A stretch of 64,000 nucleotides of DNA from Patescibacteria group bacterium (GTDB lineage Bacteria; Patescibacteriota; Minisyncoccia; Phycocordibacterales; UBA9973), in NCBI GenBank assembly GCA_028865035.1, contig JAGWLB010000001.1:6673-70672 (forward strand). Direction: 5' to 3'. The notes beneath the pieces are model-generated. The model did not search any database, was not told the origin of the DNA, and saw nothing but the letters and a program-made list of their open reading frames with translations. The translations under genes were made by a program, and so were the position numbers. Positions 46,318-55,129 of the stretch are shown here, one piece after another. How positions within the stretch are numbered: position 1 is the stretch's first letter; the number at the start of each line of letters is the position of its first letter.

Positions 46318-48878
46318 TAACCATCTACTGTGAAAGGAACAGTAGTCTCGCCGCTATTTCCATTAACATCATAACCAATAACACGGACAATGTTTTCTTT
46401 TTTAATACTATTTATCTGACTAGGTGTAAATGAAACATTATAAGGGTAAGATTTTAAAGATATAAGGTAGGTGTTGTTTACATAAACATCAACTTTCTTG
46501 ATTTGATCCTGGTTAGTTGGTTCTATTGAAAGCGATATTAATTGGTCTTTATTATAAGATGTTTGATCAAGACCATTTATTTGAAAACTTGGTTTAGATA
46601 ATGTTGTGTGAACATTATCATTACTTTGAGGTACATTAGCTTCTGTTACTACTTTATAATCCGTCTTATGACTATCCCACCATTTTTGCACACTATATTC
46701 CCAGTTAGGATATTGTGGATCTTTTTGTGGACTAACTGGTTCAGGGCCTAATATATTATTCTTATCTATCCAATACAGAATACTGTGAACATTCGTAATC
46801 GATATTTCTTTCTTTGTATTGTCTGGTGTATATTCTGTTGCAAGTCCTCCAGATACAGCATCAATTGTGAATGTTTTTCCACCTTGCCAAAAACCTCTAA
46901 GTATAGGTGGTAGTGATGGGTCTATAGGATCTGGTTTATCAAAAGTCTCTACAGGAAGTGTTTTTAATGCTTCAGACATAACATCGTGCCAAATCGGACC
47001 AGCCAAAGATGAACCACCTCGCTTCATTGGCGTGTTGTCATTATTACCAACCCAAACACCAACAGCAACCGATGGAGTATAACCTATAGTCCAAGCATCC
47101 TTGTCGTCGTTTGTTGTACCAGTCTTAACAGCCACATCGCGTCCTGGTATGACTAAAACAGAGTTCGGACCGAAGGTAGGTGTACGAGCTTTATTATCAG
47201 ACAAAGAGTCAGAAATCATTCTTGTAACATTTGGATCAAGAACCTGGTATGACTTGTCTGTGTATTGTTCTAGCATATTACCGGAACTATCCTCAACAGA
47301 AAGAATTCCTTGAGGAGGATTACGGACACCTTTGTTTGCAAAAACACTATAGACAGACGTCATATCAAGAAGAGTAGTCTCTCCTCCACCTATAACAAGA
47401 GATAAACCATAACGAGTCGGGTCATTCAAAGTACTAATTCCGAGATCGTGTGCCATTTTAATAGCATTATCAACACCAACTAAATACAAAAGTTTTACAG
47501 CAACTATATTTACAGACTGAGCCAAAGCATCTTTTAAAGTCATCGGTCCACGGAAATTGTTATCAAAATCACTAGGAGAATAACAATTAGTGGTACTGTG
47601 CCCCGGTAATGGTTTGCCTGTCGGACCACAAGATGCATTAAACTCTGTTTTCACATCAAAAAGGTTTGTGTTCTCTGTATAACCATCTTTAAATGCAAGA
47701 GCATAGACTATCGGCTTAAAAGAAGACCCTGGTTGACGAGCAGCCGTAGCGACATTAAAGTTTCCATCTACAGATTTATCAAAGTAATCCCTTGACCCTA
47801 CCATTGCAAGTATTTGACCAGTCTTAGGGTCTATAACAACAATAGCAGTGTTCTTACCATTCGAGCTCTTTTCATTCTCCTTTGCTCTTTCTAAGGCGAT
47901 CTGTTCAGCCTTCATTTGAAGATTATAATCTAGAGTCGTAATAACTTTTAAACCACCATCATCGAGAATGTTAGGCCCATATTTCTTTTCTAAGTAATCT
48001 TTAATATAGAATACAAAGTGAGGTGCCGCTATATGCATAGGTTGAGCAGGTAAAAATGTAACTTTCTCATTTATGGCCTTGTCATAGTCAGCTTGAGTAA
48101 TGAATTTCAAATCAAGCATTCTTTTTAATACTAGATTTTTACGCGCGTCTAAATCTTTTTTATATTTACCATAAGGAGAGTAGTGGGTTGGAGCATTTGG
48201 TATCGCCGCCAAATACGCTGATTCAGCTAAAGTCATATCTATAGGCTCTTTTCCAAAGAAGGCTTTTGACGCTTCTTCAACTCCATAAATATTACCTCCA
48301 TAAGGAGCTTCATTTAAGTAAAGAGCCAGAATTTGTTCTTTACTCATAATTTTTTCTAGCTTAAGTGCTAGAATCCACTCTTTGATTTTACGAGTTATTG
48401 TACGGTTTTGATTTAAAAGCGTGTTCTTAATTAATTGTTGAGTAATTGTTGATCCACCCTGAACTTTCTTACCAGTTAGCTTTGCCCAGATAGTTGCTCT
48501 GATTATAGAGCTTATTCTTATGCCATTATGTTGGTAAAAGCTTGAATCTTCAATAGCGACAGTGGCATTTTTAATATTTACACCCATATCTTCATAAGGG
48601 ATAACAGTACGCTTAATATCTTGGTGGACATCATAGAGTAATATATTACCGGTACGGTCATATATTTTAGTTGAACTTTGTATTTTATTCTCGTTAAATG
48701 ATTTAAAATCTGGTATTTCCAGCGAGCTAACCCAGAGCATTATAATGCCAAGTAAAACAATCCCAACCCCAAAAATAAACATCATCCAATGCTTAAATGA
48801 ATGCTTTTTTATAAACTTTTTCAACCCTCTGGCAATTTTTTTAAGGTATTTCTCTATAGGCTGCATATATGTATACAT
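46314..48878 (-). CDS. Class A penicillin-binding protein (transglycosylase/transpeptidase) with C-terminal Ig-like domain
   Basis: EDSSFYQH, GGSTITQQL, RKIKE; SSFK, SVN, KTGT motifs. Confidence 0.95.
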   Translation of the reverse strand: MYTYMQPIEKYLKKIARGLKKFIKKHSFKHWMMFIFGVGIVLLGIIMLWVSSLEIPDFKSFNENKIQSSTKIYDRTGNILLYDVHQDIKRTVIPYEDMGVNIKNATVAIEDSSFYQHNGIRISSIIRATIWAKLTGKKVQGGSTITQQLIKNTLLNQNRTITRKIKEWILALKLEKIMSKEQILALYLNEAPYGGNIYGVEEASKAFFGKEPIDMTLAESAYLAAIPNAPTHYSPYGKYKKDLDARKNLVLKRMLDLKFITQADYDKAINEKVTFLPAQPMHIAAPHFVFYIKDYLEKKYGPNILDDGGLKVITTLDYNLQMKAEQIALERAKENEKSSNGKNTAIVVIDPKTGQILAMVGSRDYFDKSVDGNFNVATAARQPGSSFKPIVYALAFKDGYTENTNLFDVKTEFNASCGPTGKPLPGHSTTNCYSPSDFDNNFRGPMTLKDALAQSVNIVAVKLLYLVGVDNAIKMAHDLGISTLNDPTRYGLSLVIGGGETTLLDMTSVYSVFANKGVRNPPQGILSVEDSSGNMLEQYTDKSYQVLDPNVTRMISDSLSDNKARTPTFGPNSVLVIPGRDVAVKTGTTNDDKDAWTIGYTPSVAVGVWVGNNDNTPMKRGGSSLAGPIWHDVMSEALKTLPVETFDKPDPIDPSLPPILRGFWQGGKTFTIDAVSGGLATEYTPDNTKKEISITNVHSILYWIDKNNILGPEPVSPQKDPQYPNWEYSVQKWWDSHKTDYKVVTEANVPQSNDNVHTTLSKPSFQINGLDQTSYNKDQLISLSIEPTNQDQIKKVDVYVNNTYLISLKSYPYNVSFTPSQINSIKKENIVRVIGYDVNGNSGETTVPFTVDGY

Positions 48879-48968
48879 ATCATATCATAATTTATAACCA
48901 TTTATAGGTAATTATCTAAAACAAAACTAATTTTTAAAATTTTCTATAGAATGCTATAATGCCATTTT

Positions 48969-50438
48969 ATGAAGGAAATTTCAAATAAGCAGAAATTAGA
49001 CGAACTATTGTCACGCGGAGTAGGTGAGTTTATAGACCCTGATGGAGCTTTTCGTAAAAAACTCGAAACGGCACCTGAAAAAATAGTAATAAAATTCGGC
49101 ATCGACCCAACTAGACCAGACATACATATAGGTCATGCTGTAGTTTTGCGCAAACTTAGACAATTCCAAGATTTAGGATGCAAGGTTATATTCCTTGTAG
49201 GAGATTTTACCGCCTTAATTGGAGACCCGACAGGAAAAAGTAAAGTACGACCAGAAATTGAACAAAAAGAAATAAGTTTAATTATGGAGACATTTGTACG
49301 ACAAATACCAAAAATTTTGAAAATTGAACCAGTATCTGAAGAAGATAAAAAAAGAGCAGAAATTGGCGGTTTAACAAGGGATTCTAATAATTTTATTGTC
49401 GAAAGCCCTTGGTTTAGCTGGATGCGTAATTCAGATTGGTTTTTTAATGTTACTGACATTGATCCAACAGGAGCTAGTCAGCAATCCCTTGTGGTTAATG
49501 ACGAAAATGGAAAAGTTTTAAACATAAAAATCCCTAAAAATTCATTCTTCGAAAAAGCTGTAGTATTTGAAAATACTAGAATGCAAAAACTTCTTAAAAG
49601 AAAGGAGATTAAAACAGTTTCTTTTGTAAACTTTCTTGCGTATTTAAGATTATTATCTCATTCGCAGTTAATAGAAAGAGATATGTTCCAACAACGGATC
49701 AATAAAGGCGAACCACTTTTTATGCATGAAATGATGTACCCCGTAGCACAAGGTATAGATTCAAATATAATAAGCGATATCTATGGTTCATGCGACTTAG
49801 AAGTCGGCGGAACAGATCAAACCTTTAATATGCTTATGGGTAGGACCTTAATGAAGTTTAGCAAAAAAGAACCCCAAGCTATTTTAGCTTTTGAAATTCT
49901 TGAAGGATTAGACGGTAAAGAAAAAATGTCAAAGAGTTTAGATAATTACATTGGTATCAATGAAGATCCAAATGAAATGTTCGGGAAAATAATGTCAATC
50001 CCTGACAATCTTATTACGAAATATTTCTTACTTTGCACAGATACATCAAAAGATATCATTGATGGTTATGCTCGCGATATGGATACTGGCAAAGTTAATC
50101 CACGTGATTTGAAAATGTTACTCGGTAAAGAGTTGGTCACCATGTACCACAGTAAAGAAGAAGCTGAGAAAGCAGAAGAGAACTTTATAGCAACATTTCA
50201 GAAAAAAGAAATACCCAAAGATATAACTGAAATCAAAGCAGATAAGAATGACTTGCTCGTAGATATTTTTCTTAAGAACAATATTGTCTCATCCAAAACA
50301 GAATTCCGTAGACTTATAGACGAAAATGCTATCACTTACTTAGACACCAATGAAAAAATAACTGAACATACAGTCAAAGTTTCCCAGGGCGTTTATCGTA
50401 TCGGCAAAAAAAGATTTTGTAAAATATCTTTAAAATAA
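48969..50438 (+). CDS. tyrS: Tyrosine--tRNA ligase with internal insertions
   Basis: FGIDPT, HIGH, IGDPTGK, YPVAQGID, GGTDQ, KMSKS, C-terminal S4-like domain. Confidence 0.95.
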   Translation: MKEISNKQKLDELLSRGVGEFIDPDGAFRKKLETAPEKIVIKFGIDPTRPDIHIGHAVVLRKLRQFQDLGCKVIFLVGDFTALIGDPTGKSKVRPEIEQKEISLIMETFVRQIPKILKIEPVSEEDKKRAEIGGLTRDSNNFIVESPWFSWMRNSDWFFNVTDIDPTGASQQSLVVNDENGKVLNIKIPKNSFFEKAVVFENTRMQKLLKRKEIKTVSFVNFLAYLRLLSHSQLIERDMFQQRINKGEPLFMHEMMYPVAQGIDSNIISDIYGSCDLEVGGTDQTFNMLMGRTLMKFSKKEPQAILAFEILEGLDGKEKMSKSLDNYIGINEDPNEMFGKIMSIPDNLITKYFLLCTDTSKDIIDGYARDMDTGKVNPRDLKMLLGKELVTMYHSKEEAEKAEENFIATFQKKEIPKDITEIKADKNDLLVDIFLKNNIVSSKTEFRRLIDENAITYLDTNEKITEHTVKVSQGVYRIGKKRFCKISLK

Positions 50439-50447
50439 ATATCACAT

Positions 50448-50483
50448 AATAAAAACCCCAGACTAAATCCTGGGGTTTTTATT
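50448..50483. terminator. Bidirectional intrinsic terminator
   Basis: aataaaaaccccag / ctggggtttttatt. Confidence 0.85.
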
Positions 50484-50643
50484 AATACATAGAACCATCT
50501 AAATCAGCAACTTCATCTGGTTCATCGTAATCACCAGACAGCAGATCATCGCTTTGTGGATCTTCAGAATCTGATCCAAAATCAAGATCGTCATCGTCTT
50601 CAAAATCACTAAACTTTGGTTCCTCTTCGTCGTTATAACTCAT
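50482..50643 (-). CDS. Extremely acidic 53-aa microprotein (absent from the ORF track)
   Basis: MSYNDEEEPKFSDFEDDDDLDFGSDSEDPQSDDLLSGDYDEPDEVADLDGSMY; 23 of 53 residues D/E; stop overlaps the terminator. Confidence 0.6.
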   Translation of the reverse strand: MSYNDEEEPKFSDFEDDDDLDFGSDSEDPQSDDLLSGDYDEPDEVADLDGSMY

Positions 50644-50757
50644 ATATTTATTGAAATGAATTTAAACAAAAATTATAATAGACTATTTGTATCAAAATAA
50701 TTTATGCTTTGCAATAGCTGTTTGCCTGTGGAAAACTAGTTTAAGCACAAAATTATT

Positions 50758-51258
50758 TTACCCTTTATCTAATTGGTCTAAAATCAACTTTTCACAAGCC
50801 AGACAAGTCAGGCCAATCGCTATAGCATCTAATTCATCATCTGAGTTGGTTACAGTTTTCATCTCGATAAGTTTGGGGACCATTCTTATAACCATATCTT
50901 TACTCGCTTTACCATAACCTGTCACTGCTAACTTTATACTAGGAGGAGTGTATTCGAAAATAGAAAGATTTTTTGATGATGCACAGTACATAATAACACC
51001 ACGAGCTTCAGCCACATTCATTACAGTTTTTTGGTTTGTAGTAAAATATAATTTCTCTATCGCTAATGCTTTTGGATTATATTTTTTTATTAAACGATTA
51101 ACTTCCTCACCGATAAACGCTAGCCGTTGATGAAAGGGAATATCTGCACTTGTTTTGAAACAGTTCGAATACACCAAAACATCTTTTCCTTTTATGTGAT
51201 GTTCTATGATTGCAGTTCCAACTCTTTCAAACCCAGGATCAATTGCTAGTATTTTCAT
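50758..51258 (-). CDS. ruvC: Holliday junction resolvase RuvC
   Basis: LAIDPG, AIEKLYF, AEARG, EYTP..IK.AVTGYG.A.K, DDELDAIA. Confidence 0.94.
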   Translation of the reverse strand: MKILAIDPGFERVGTAIIEHHIKGKDVLVYSNCFKTSADIPFHQRLAFIGEEVNRLIKKYNPKALAIEKLYFTTNQKTVMNVAEARGVIMYCASSKNLSIFEYTPPSIKLAVTGYGKASKDMVIRMVPKLIEMKTVTNSDDELDAIAIGLTCLACEKLILDQLDKG

Positions 51259-52237
51259 AATCGTATCCTAAATGCTCATAACCCTTTTTAGTAACAACTC
51301 TTCCTCTTGTTGTTCGATCAAGTAGACCAAGCTGTATTAAATATGGTTCAACAACTTCTTCTATCGTAGCTTCTTCTTCTGAAGTTGCAGCAGCAATTGT
51401 CTTTAGACCTACAGGACCACCGGAGAATTTACTTATGATTGTTTCCATTATACGTCTATCAGATGAAGATAAACCTAGTTCATCAATCTCAAGCAACCCC
51501 AAAGCTCTTTTTACAGAGTCCTTTGATATCGGAACTTTATTCACCTGAGCGTAATCACGACATCTTTTCAGTAGATAATTTGCAGTACGTGGTGTAAAAC
51601 GTGCCCGTTTTGCGATTTCATCAAGAGCATCGTCGGATAATTCTATATCAAGAATATTCCCCGAACGTGTTAGTATTTTTTTAATTTCATCGTGAGCATA
51701 GAATTCAAGTCGGAAGACTCCACCAGAGAAGCGAGAGCGTAGTGGTGATGACAGTAAAGCAATACGTGTAGTTGCTGCTATTAAAGTGAAGGGCGGTAGT
51801 TCGAGTTGTATAGTACGTGCCGATGGACCTTTACCGATAATTATATCAAGTACACCAGATTCCATAGCAGGGTAGAGAACTTCCTCAACCATTTTATTTA
51901 GTCGATGAATCTCGTCTATAAAAACAATATCCCCTGGAGTTAGGTTTGTTAATATAGAAGCTAGATCTCCAACTTTCTCTATAGCTGGACCTGAAGTTAT
52001 TTTTATCTGTCTCTTTGTTTCTTTTGCTATCAGATGGGCCAAAGTTGTTTTACCAAGACCTGGTGGACCGTAAAAAAGAATATGTTCTGCTGGATGAGAC
52101 CTTTCTTCGGCCGCAGTTAAAAGTATTTTTAGATTGGCTTTTATGTTTTCTTGACCTATATAATCAACCCAGACATTTGGTCGGAGTGTTTGATCTAAAA
52201 ACCCTTCATCTTTAGCTGTTTTATCTTTACTTGACAT
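51239..52237 (-). CDS. ruvB: Holliday junction branch migration helicase RuvB
   Basis: LRP, GPPGLGKTTLA, FIDEIHRL, LYPAME, ATTR, EPYL. Confidence 0.97.
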   Translation of the reverse strand: MSSKDKTAKDEGFLDQTLRPNVWVDYIGQENIKANLKILLTAAEERSHPAEHILFYGPPGLGKTTLAHLIAKETKRQIKITSGPAIEKVGDLASILTNLTPGDIVFIDEIHRLNKMVEEVLYPAMESGVLDIIIGKGPSARTIQLELPPFTLIAATTRIALLSSPLRSRFSGGVFRLEFYAHDEIKKILTRSGNILDIELSDDALDEIAKRARFTPRTANYLLKRCRDYAQVNKVPISKDSVKRALGLLEIDELGLSSSDRRIMETIISKFSGGPVGLKTIAAATSEEEATIEEVVEPYLIQLGLLDRTTRGRVVTKKGYEHLGYDYENTSN

Positions 52238-52259
52238 TATATTTTTAATATGCTATACT
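52231..52259 (+). promoter_or_regulatory. Near-consensus sigma70 promoter driving an intergenic RNA
   Basis: TTGACA-17 bp-(TGc)TATACT. Confidence 0.75.
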
Positions 52260-52265
52260 CCCTTT

Positions 52266-52470
52266 AGAAATTTAGTAAGCATTTACTAGTTGATTATAGC
52301 ATTTTAGTGAAAACGACATAAATCTCTAAGCAATCGGCCACGTGCTCTATGTATGTGAGTAGGACATTCTGGTTATATTTATATTTACTGGGGTTATCCT
52401 GCGATCATACGTTACTTTGGAAGCTATACGTTATCAAAGGATTGTTTAGAGATTTATGTTTTTTTCTTTT
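52266..52470 (+). ncRNA. Candidate 6S-like RNA (rod with central bubble); ends approximate
   Basis: 20-bp closing stem 52316-52335/52440-52459, inner stems 52351-52364/52397-52410, promoter upstream, terminator downstream. Confidence 0.55.
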
Positions 52471-52503
52471 AAATAAACCCCCGCAGTATGCGGGGGTTTA
52501 TTT
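52471..52503. terminator. Bidirectional intrinsic terminator
   Basis: aaataaacccccgca-gta-tgcgggggtttattt. Confidence 0.88.
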
Positions 52504-54202
52504 ATTCTTCGTAGAAGTCCACAACACTTCCAACTTCGGCATAAGAAGTAATACCTTTCAAGACTTTTACTATCCCATCTTCTTTCATATTGAGTGATCC
52601 TTGGTTAGCGGCAATATTTTTTATTTCTCTTTCACTTGGATTATTCGGAATAATTGCTTCTATTGCTGCGTCATTATGAATCGCTTCAAATATCCCCAAT
52701 CTGCCTTTATAGCCAGTGTTGTTGCATAGAGGACAGCCAACAGCTTCATATATTTTTATAGGAGCATCCATATCGACTCCGTAATTATTGAAATCTTTAT
52801 TATGAGCTTTAGCTTCATCGCTAATCTTTTTTATTATTCTCATTTCTTCATCTGAAATAACTTTTTCTTTTTTACAACTTGAGCAAAGTTTACGAACCAA
52901 ACGCTGAGCTATAGATAAAGATAGGGCAGACACTAGTATTTTAGGGTTTACATCAAGGTCGATCAGACGAGGTATCACTCCAGCAGCATTGTTTGTGTGA
53001 AGAGTTGAAAAGACAAGGTGACCAGTAAGTGCTGATTCAACAGCAATCTTTGCTGTTTCGCTATCTCGGATTTCTCCAACCATTATCACATCTGGGTCTT
53101 GGCGCAAAGCTGAACGTAGGCCCTCAAGGAATGTATAACCTTTTTCATTATCAGTCTGAGTTTGAGTAATTCCAGGTAAGTGGTATTCAATAGGGTCTTC
53201 AATAGTAATTATCTTTATTTCTGTTGAGTATATTTTTTGTAAAAAAGAGTAAAGAGTCGTTGTCTTACCTGAACCTGTAGGACCAGTAAGCAAGATCATA
53301 CCATTTGGCTTTTTGATTTCACGCATAAATATCTCATATAATTTCGGTTCAATCCCCATATCTTCAAGTTTAACTTGAATAGATTTTGGGTTTAATATAC
53401 GCATAACGATAGACTCGCCGTAAGCTCCTGGAATAAGTGATACACGAAGACTAATCTCGTCTTGATCCAAGAATATACTGAAGCGCCCATCTTGAGCAAT
53501 CGCGGAAGAAGTAATTTTTAAGCCAGCTAGAAGTTTAATTCTAGAATTAATAAATTTATGAACATCTGGCGATATATCCATTACCGTGTGAAGCACACCA
53601 TCCAAACGAAAACGCAAACGCACAGTATCTTGCTCAGGTTCAAAGTGTAGGTCAGAAGCGTTAATCGCTATCGCTCCTGCTAATGCAATCTCAAGTATAT
53701 GAGAAGTCATATGAGATTTATCCTTTTCAGTTTCTAAGATTGCCTTTTTAATATCATCTATAGTTTTAATACCAAACATTATTTTCTTCAAGGCATCACC
53801 TGATATTGCGATACTTCCAGCCTTAGATTCTGAAGCGTAAGATATCTCGCCATAGCGCTCCCAAGCTTTATTTAAGCTAGCAAGCGAAGCCATATAGAAG
53901 TGAGGAATAAAACCATGACTTTCAAAATATTCGGTTAAATGTTTTAAATGATCTTCTCTTGGAGAACGTACCGCAATATGAAGATCTTTACCTAGAACCT
54001 TAAAAGGTGCGATTTCTTCAGTAATAGCATCTTTTTCAGGTATAGAACGGAGAGCATCGTTATCAATAGGCATACCTGCCAAGTTCACTGGGGGGACACC
54101 ATATTTTGATTCTGCTAAAGCCTGTATTAAATCTTCTTCTTCTTGCTTACGCAGATCAGATAAGTTTCTTTCTTCTTTGTCGTCATCGAATTGAATAGCC
54201 AT
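52502..54202 (-). CDS. pilB: GspE/PilB family type IV pilus assembly ATPase
   Basis: ASDLHFEP, RFRLDG, GPTGSGKTTT, TIEDPIEY, LRQDPD, GEIRD, TGHLVFSTLH, Cys4 motif; start ATG 54202. Confidence 0.9.
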   Translation of the reverse strand: MAIQFDDDKEERNLSDLRKQEEEDLIQALAESKYGVPPVNLAGMPIDNDALRSIPEKDAITEEIAPFKVLGKDLHIAVRSPREDHLKHLTEYFESHGFIPHFYMASLASLNKAWERYGEISYASESKAGSIAISGDALKKIMFGIKTIDDIKKAILETEKDKSHMTSHILEIALAGAIAINASDLHFEPEQDTVRLRFRLDGVLHTVMDISPDVHKFINSRIKLLAGLKITSSAIAQDGRFSIFLDQDEISLRVSLIPGAYGESIVMRILNPKSIQVKLEDMGIEPKLYEIFMREIKKPNGMILLTGPTGSGKTTTLYSFLQKIYSTEIKIITIEDPIEYHLPGITQTQTDNEKGYTFLEGLRSALRQDPDVIMVGEIRDSETAKIAVESALTGHLVFSTLHTNNAAGVIPRLIDLDVNPKILVSALSLSIAQRLVRKLCSSCKKEKVISDEEMRIIKKISDEAKAHNKDFNNYGVDMDAPIKIYEAVGCPLCNNTGYKGRLGIFEAIHNDAAIEAIIPNNPSEREIKNIAANQGSLNMKEDGIVKVLKGITSYAEVGSVVDFYEE

Positions 54203-54242
54203 AATATGCTTATTATATCGTATAAAATCACTAAATAGATAC

Positions 54243-54349
54243 TTGACAAACATATGATAATATGACATCATGTGGCTAAATGTATTAGTTTTAATTGTTT
54301 TACTTGCTTTTCAATCTTTGGACAGTAAATAAAACAATTAAAACTAGTA
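54243..54349 (+). promoter_or_regulatory. Promoter plus long AU-rich leader hairpin
   Basis: TTGACA-17-CATCAT; 20-bp stem 54283-54302/54330-54349 ends 3 nt before ATG. Confidence 0.6.
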
Positions 54350-54352
54350 AAA

Positions 54353-54862
54353 ATGAAAAATAAAAATTTAATATTAATAGCTATTATATTAATAGCTATT
54401 ACGGATGTTGGTTGCGTGACTACAAAACCAGCCCAGCAACTTCCTCAATTAACTCAGGTTGCACCACAAGAAGCCAATAAGCCTATACTGTGGATGCAAC
54501 AGTATTTTACGAATTTTCCGCTGAAACTTATAAAAGATACAATCTCTTTATATCCAACGGATACCGTAAAATTCCGCGGGCCGTCACAGTTTGCTTTTGT
54601 TGGCGGGCATGTGCAACAAGTTGACACTATAGTTATAGTAAATCCTATGACCCCGGGGAAAATTGTCGGAAACCCCAAATATGCAGGGAATAGGGTTGTT
54701 GGTTTCGATGTCTTGTTCGAGAAAAATTCACCATTTCCAGTTCCGTTTATTGTGAACCAGGATGCATCCTTCAGTCCTGAAGGATTTCCTTTAGTTAAGC
54801 TCGTGTGGTACTTGGAAAGATTTAGCGTAACCCGAACTTTATCGGGGAACGAGGTAAATTAG
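54353..54862 (+). CDS. Exported hypothetical protein, possible lipoprotein
   Basis: Basic N-terminus, hydrophobic stretch, VGC lipobox-like site. Confidence 0.65.
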   Translation: MKNKNLILIAIILIAITDVGCVTTKPAQQLPQLTQVAPQEANKPILWMQQYFTNFPLKLIKDTISLYPTDTVKFRGPSQFAFVGGHVQQVDTIVIVNPMTPGKIVGNPKYAGNRVVGFDVLFEKNSPFPVPFIVNQDASFSPEGFPLVKLVWYLERFSVTRTLSGNEVN

Positions 54863-54886
54863 AAAAAATTAATTTTTAAAAATGTT

Positions 54887-54920
54887 AAAGAGACCTATTG
54901 CTTTGCTTAGGTCTTTTTTT
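54887..54920 (+). terminator. Intrinsic terminator
   Basis: agaccta / taggtct stem followed by a T-run. Confidence 0.65.
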
Positions 54921-55020
54921 ATTAATAAAACAACAATATTTTTAGCAGTTGATTTTTTACCTATAAAAAAGTAATATCTTTTGAAACTATACGGCATATA
55001 TATTGAGTAACTGTGTCGTA

Positions 55021-55124
55021 TTGACAATTCCATCATATTATGATATGATGCACGCAAATATGAGATTCTAGCTTAGTTACATTTGTGGCCTAAAGTTTAG
55101 GCAATAAGTGTAACTAAACTAGAA
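55021..55124 (+). promoter_or_regulatory. Promoter plus long leader hairpin
   Basis: TTGACA-17-TATGAT; 21-bp stem 55066-55086/55104-55124 ends 5 nt before ATG. Confidence 0.6.
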
Positions 55125-55129
55125 ATCAA

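Noticed and set aside
49300-49620. Intein or intron in tyrS
   Set aside because: Frame is continuous, the inserts are short, and there are no Cys/Ser...His-Asn splice termini
52349-52597. 82-aa + strand ORF in the ruvB-pilB gap
   Set aside because: It crosses a strong terminator and overlaps pilB antisense; the region is better explained as structured RNA
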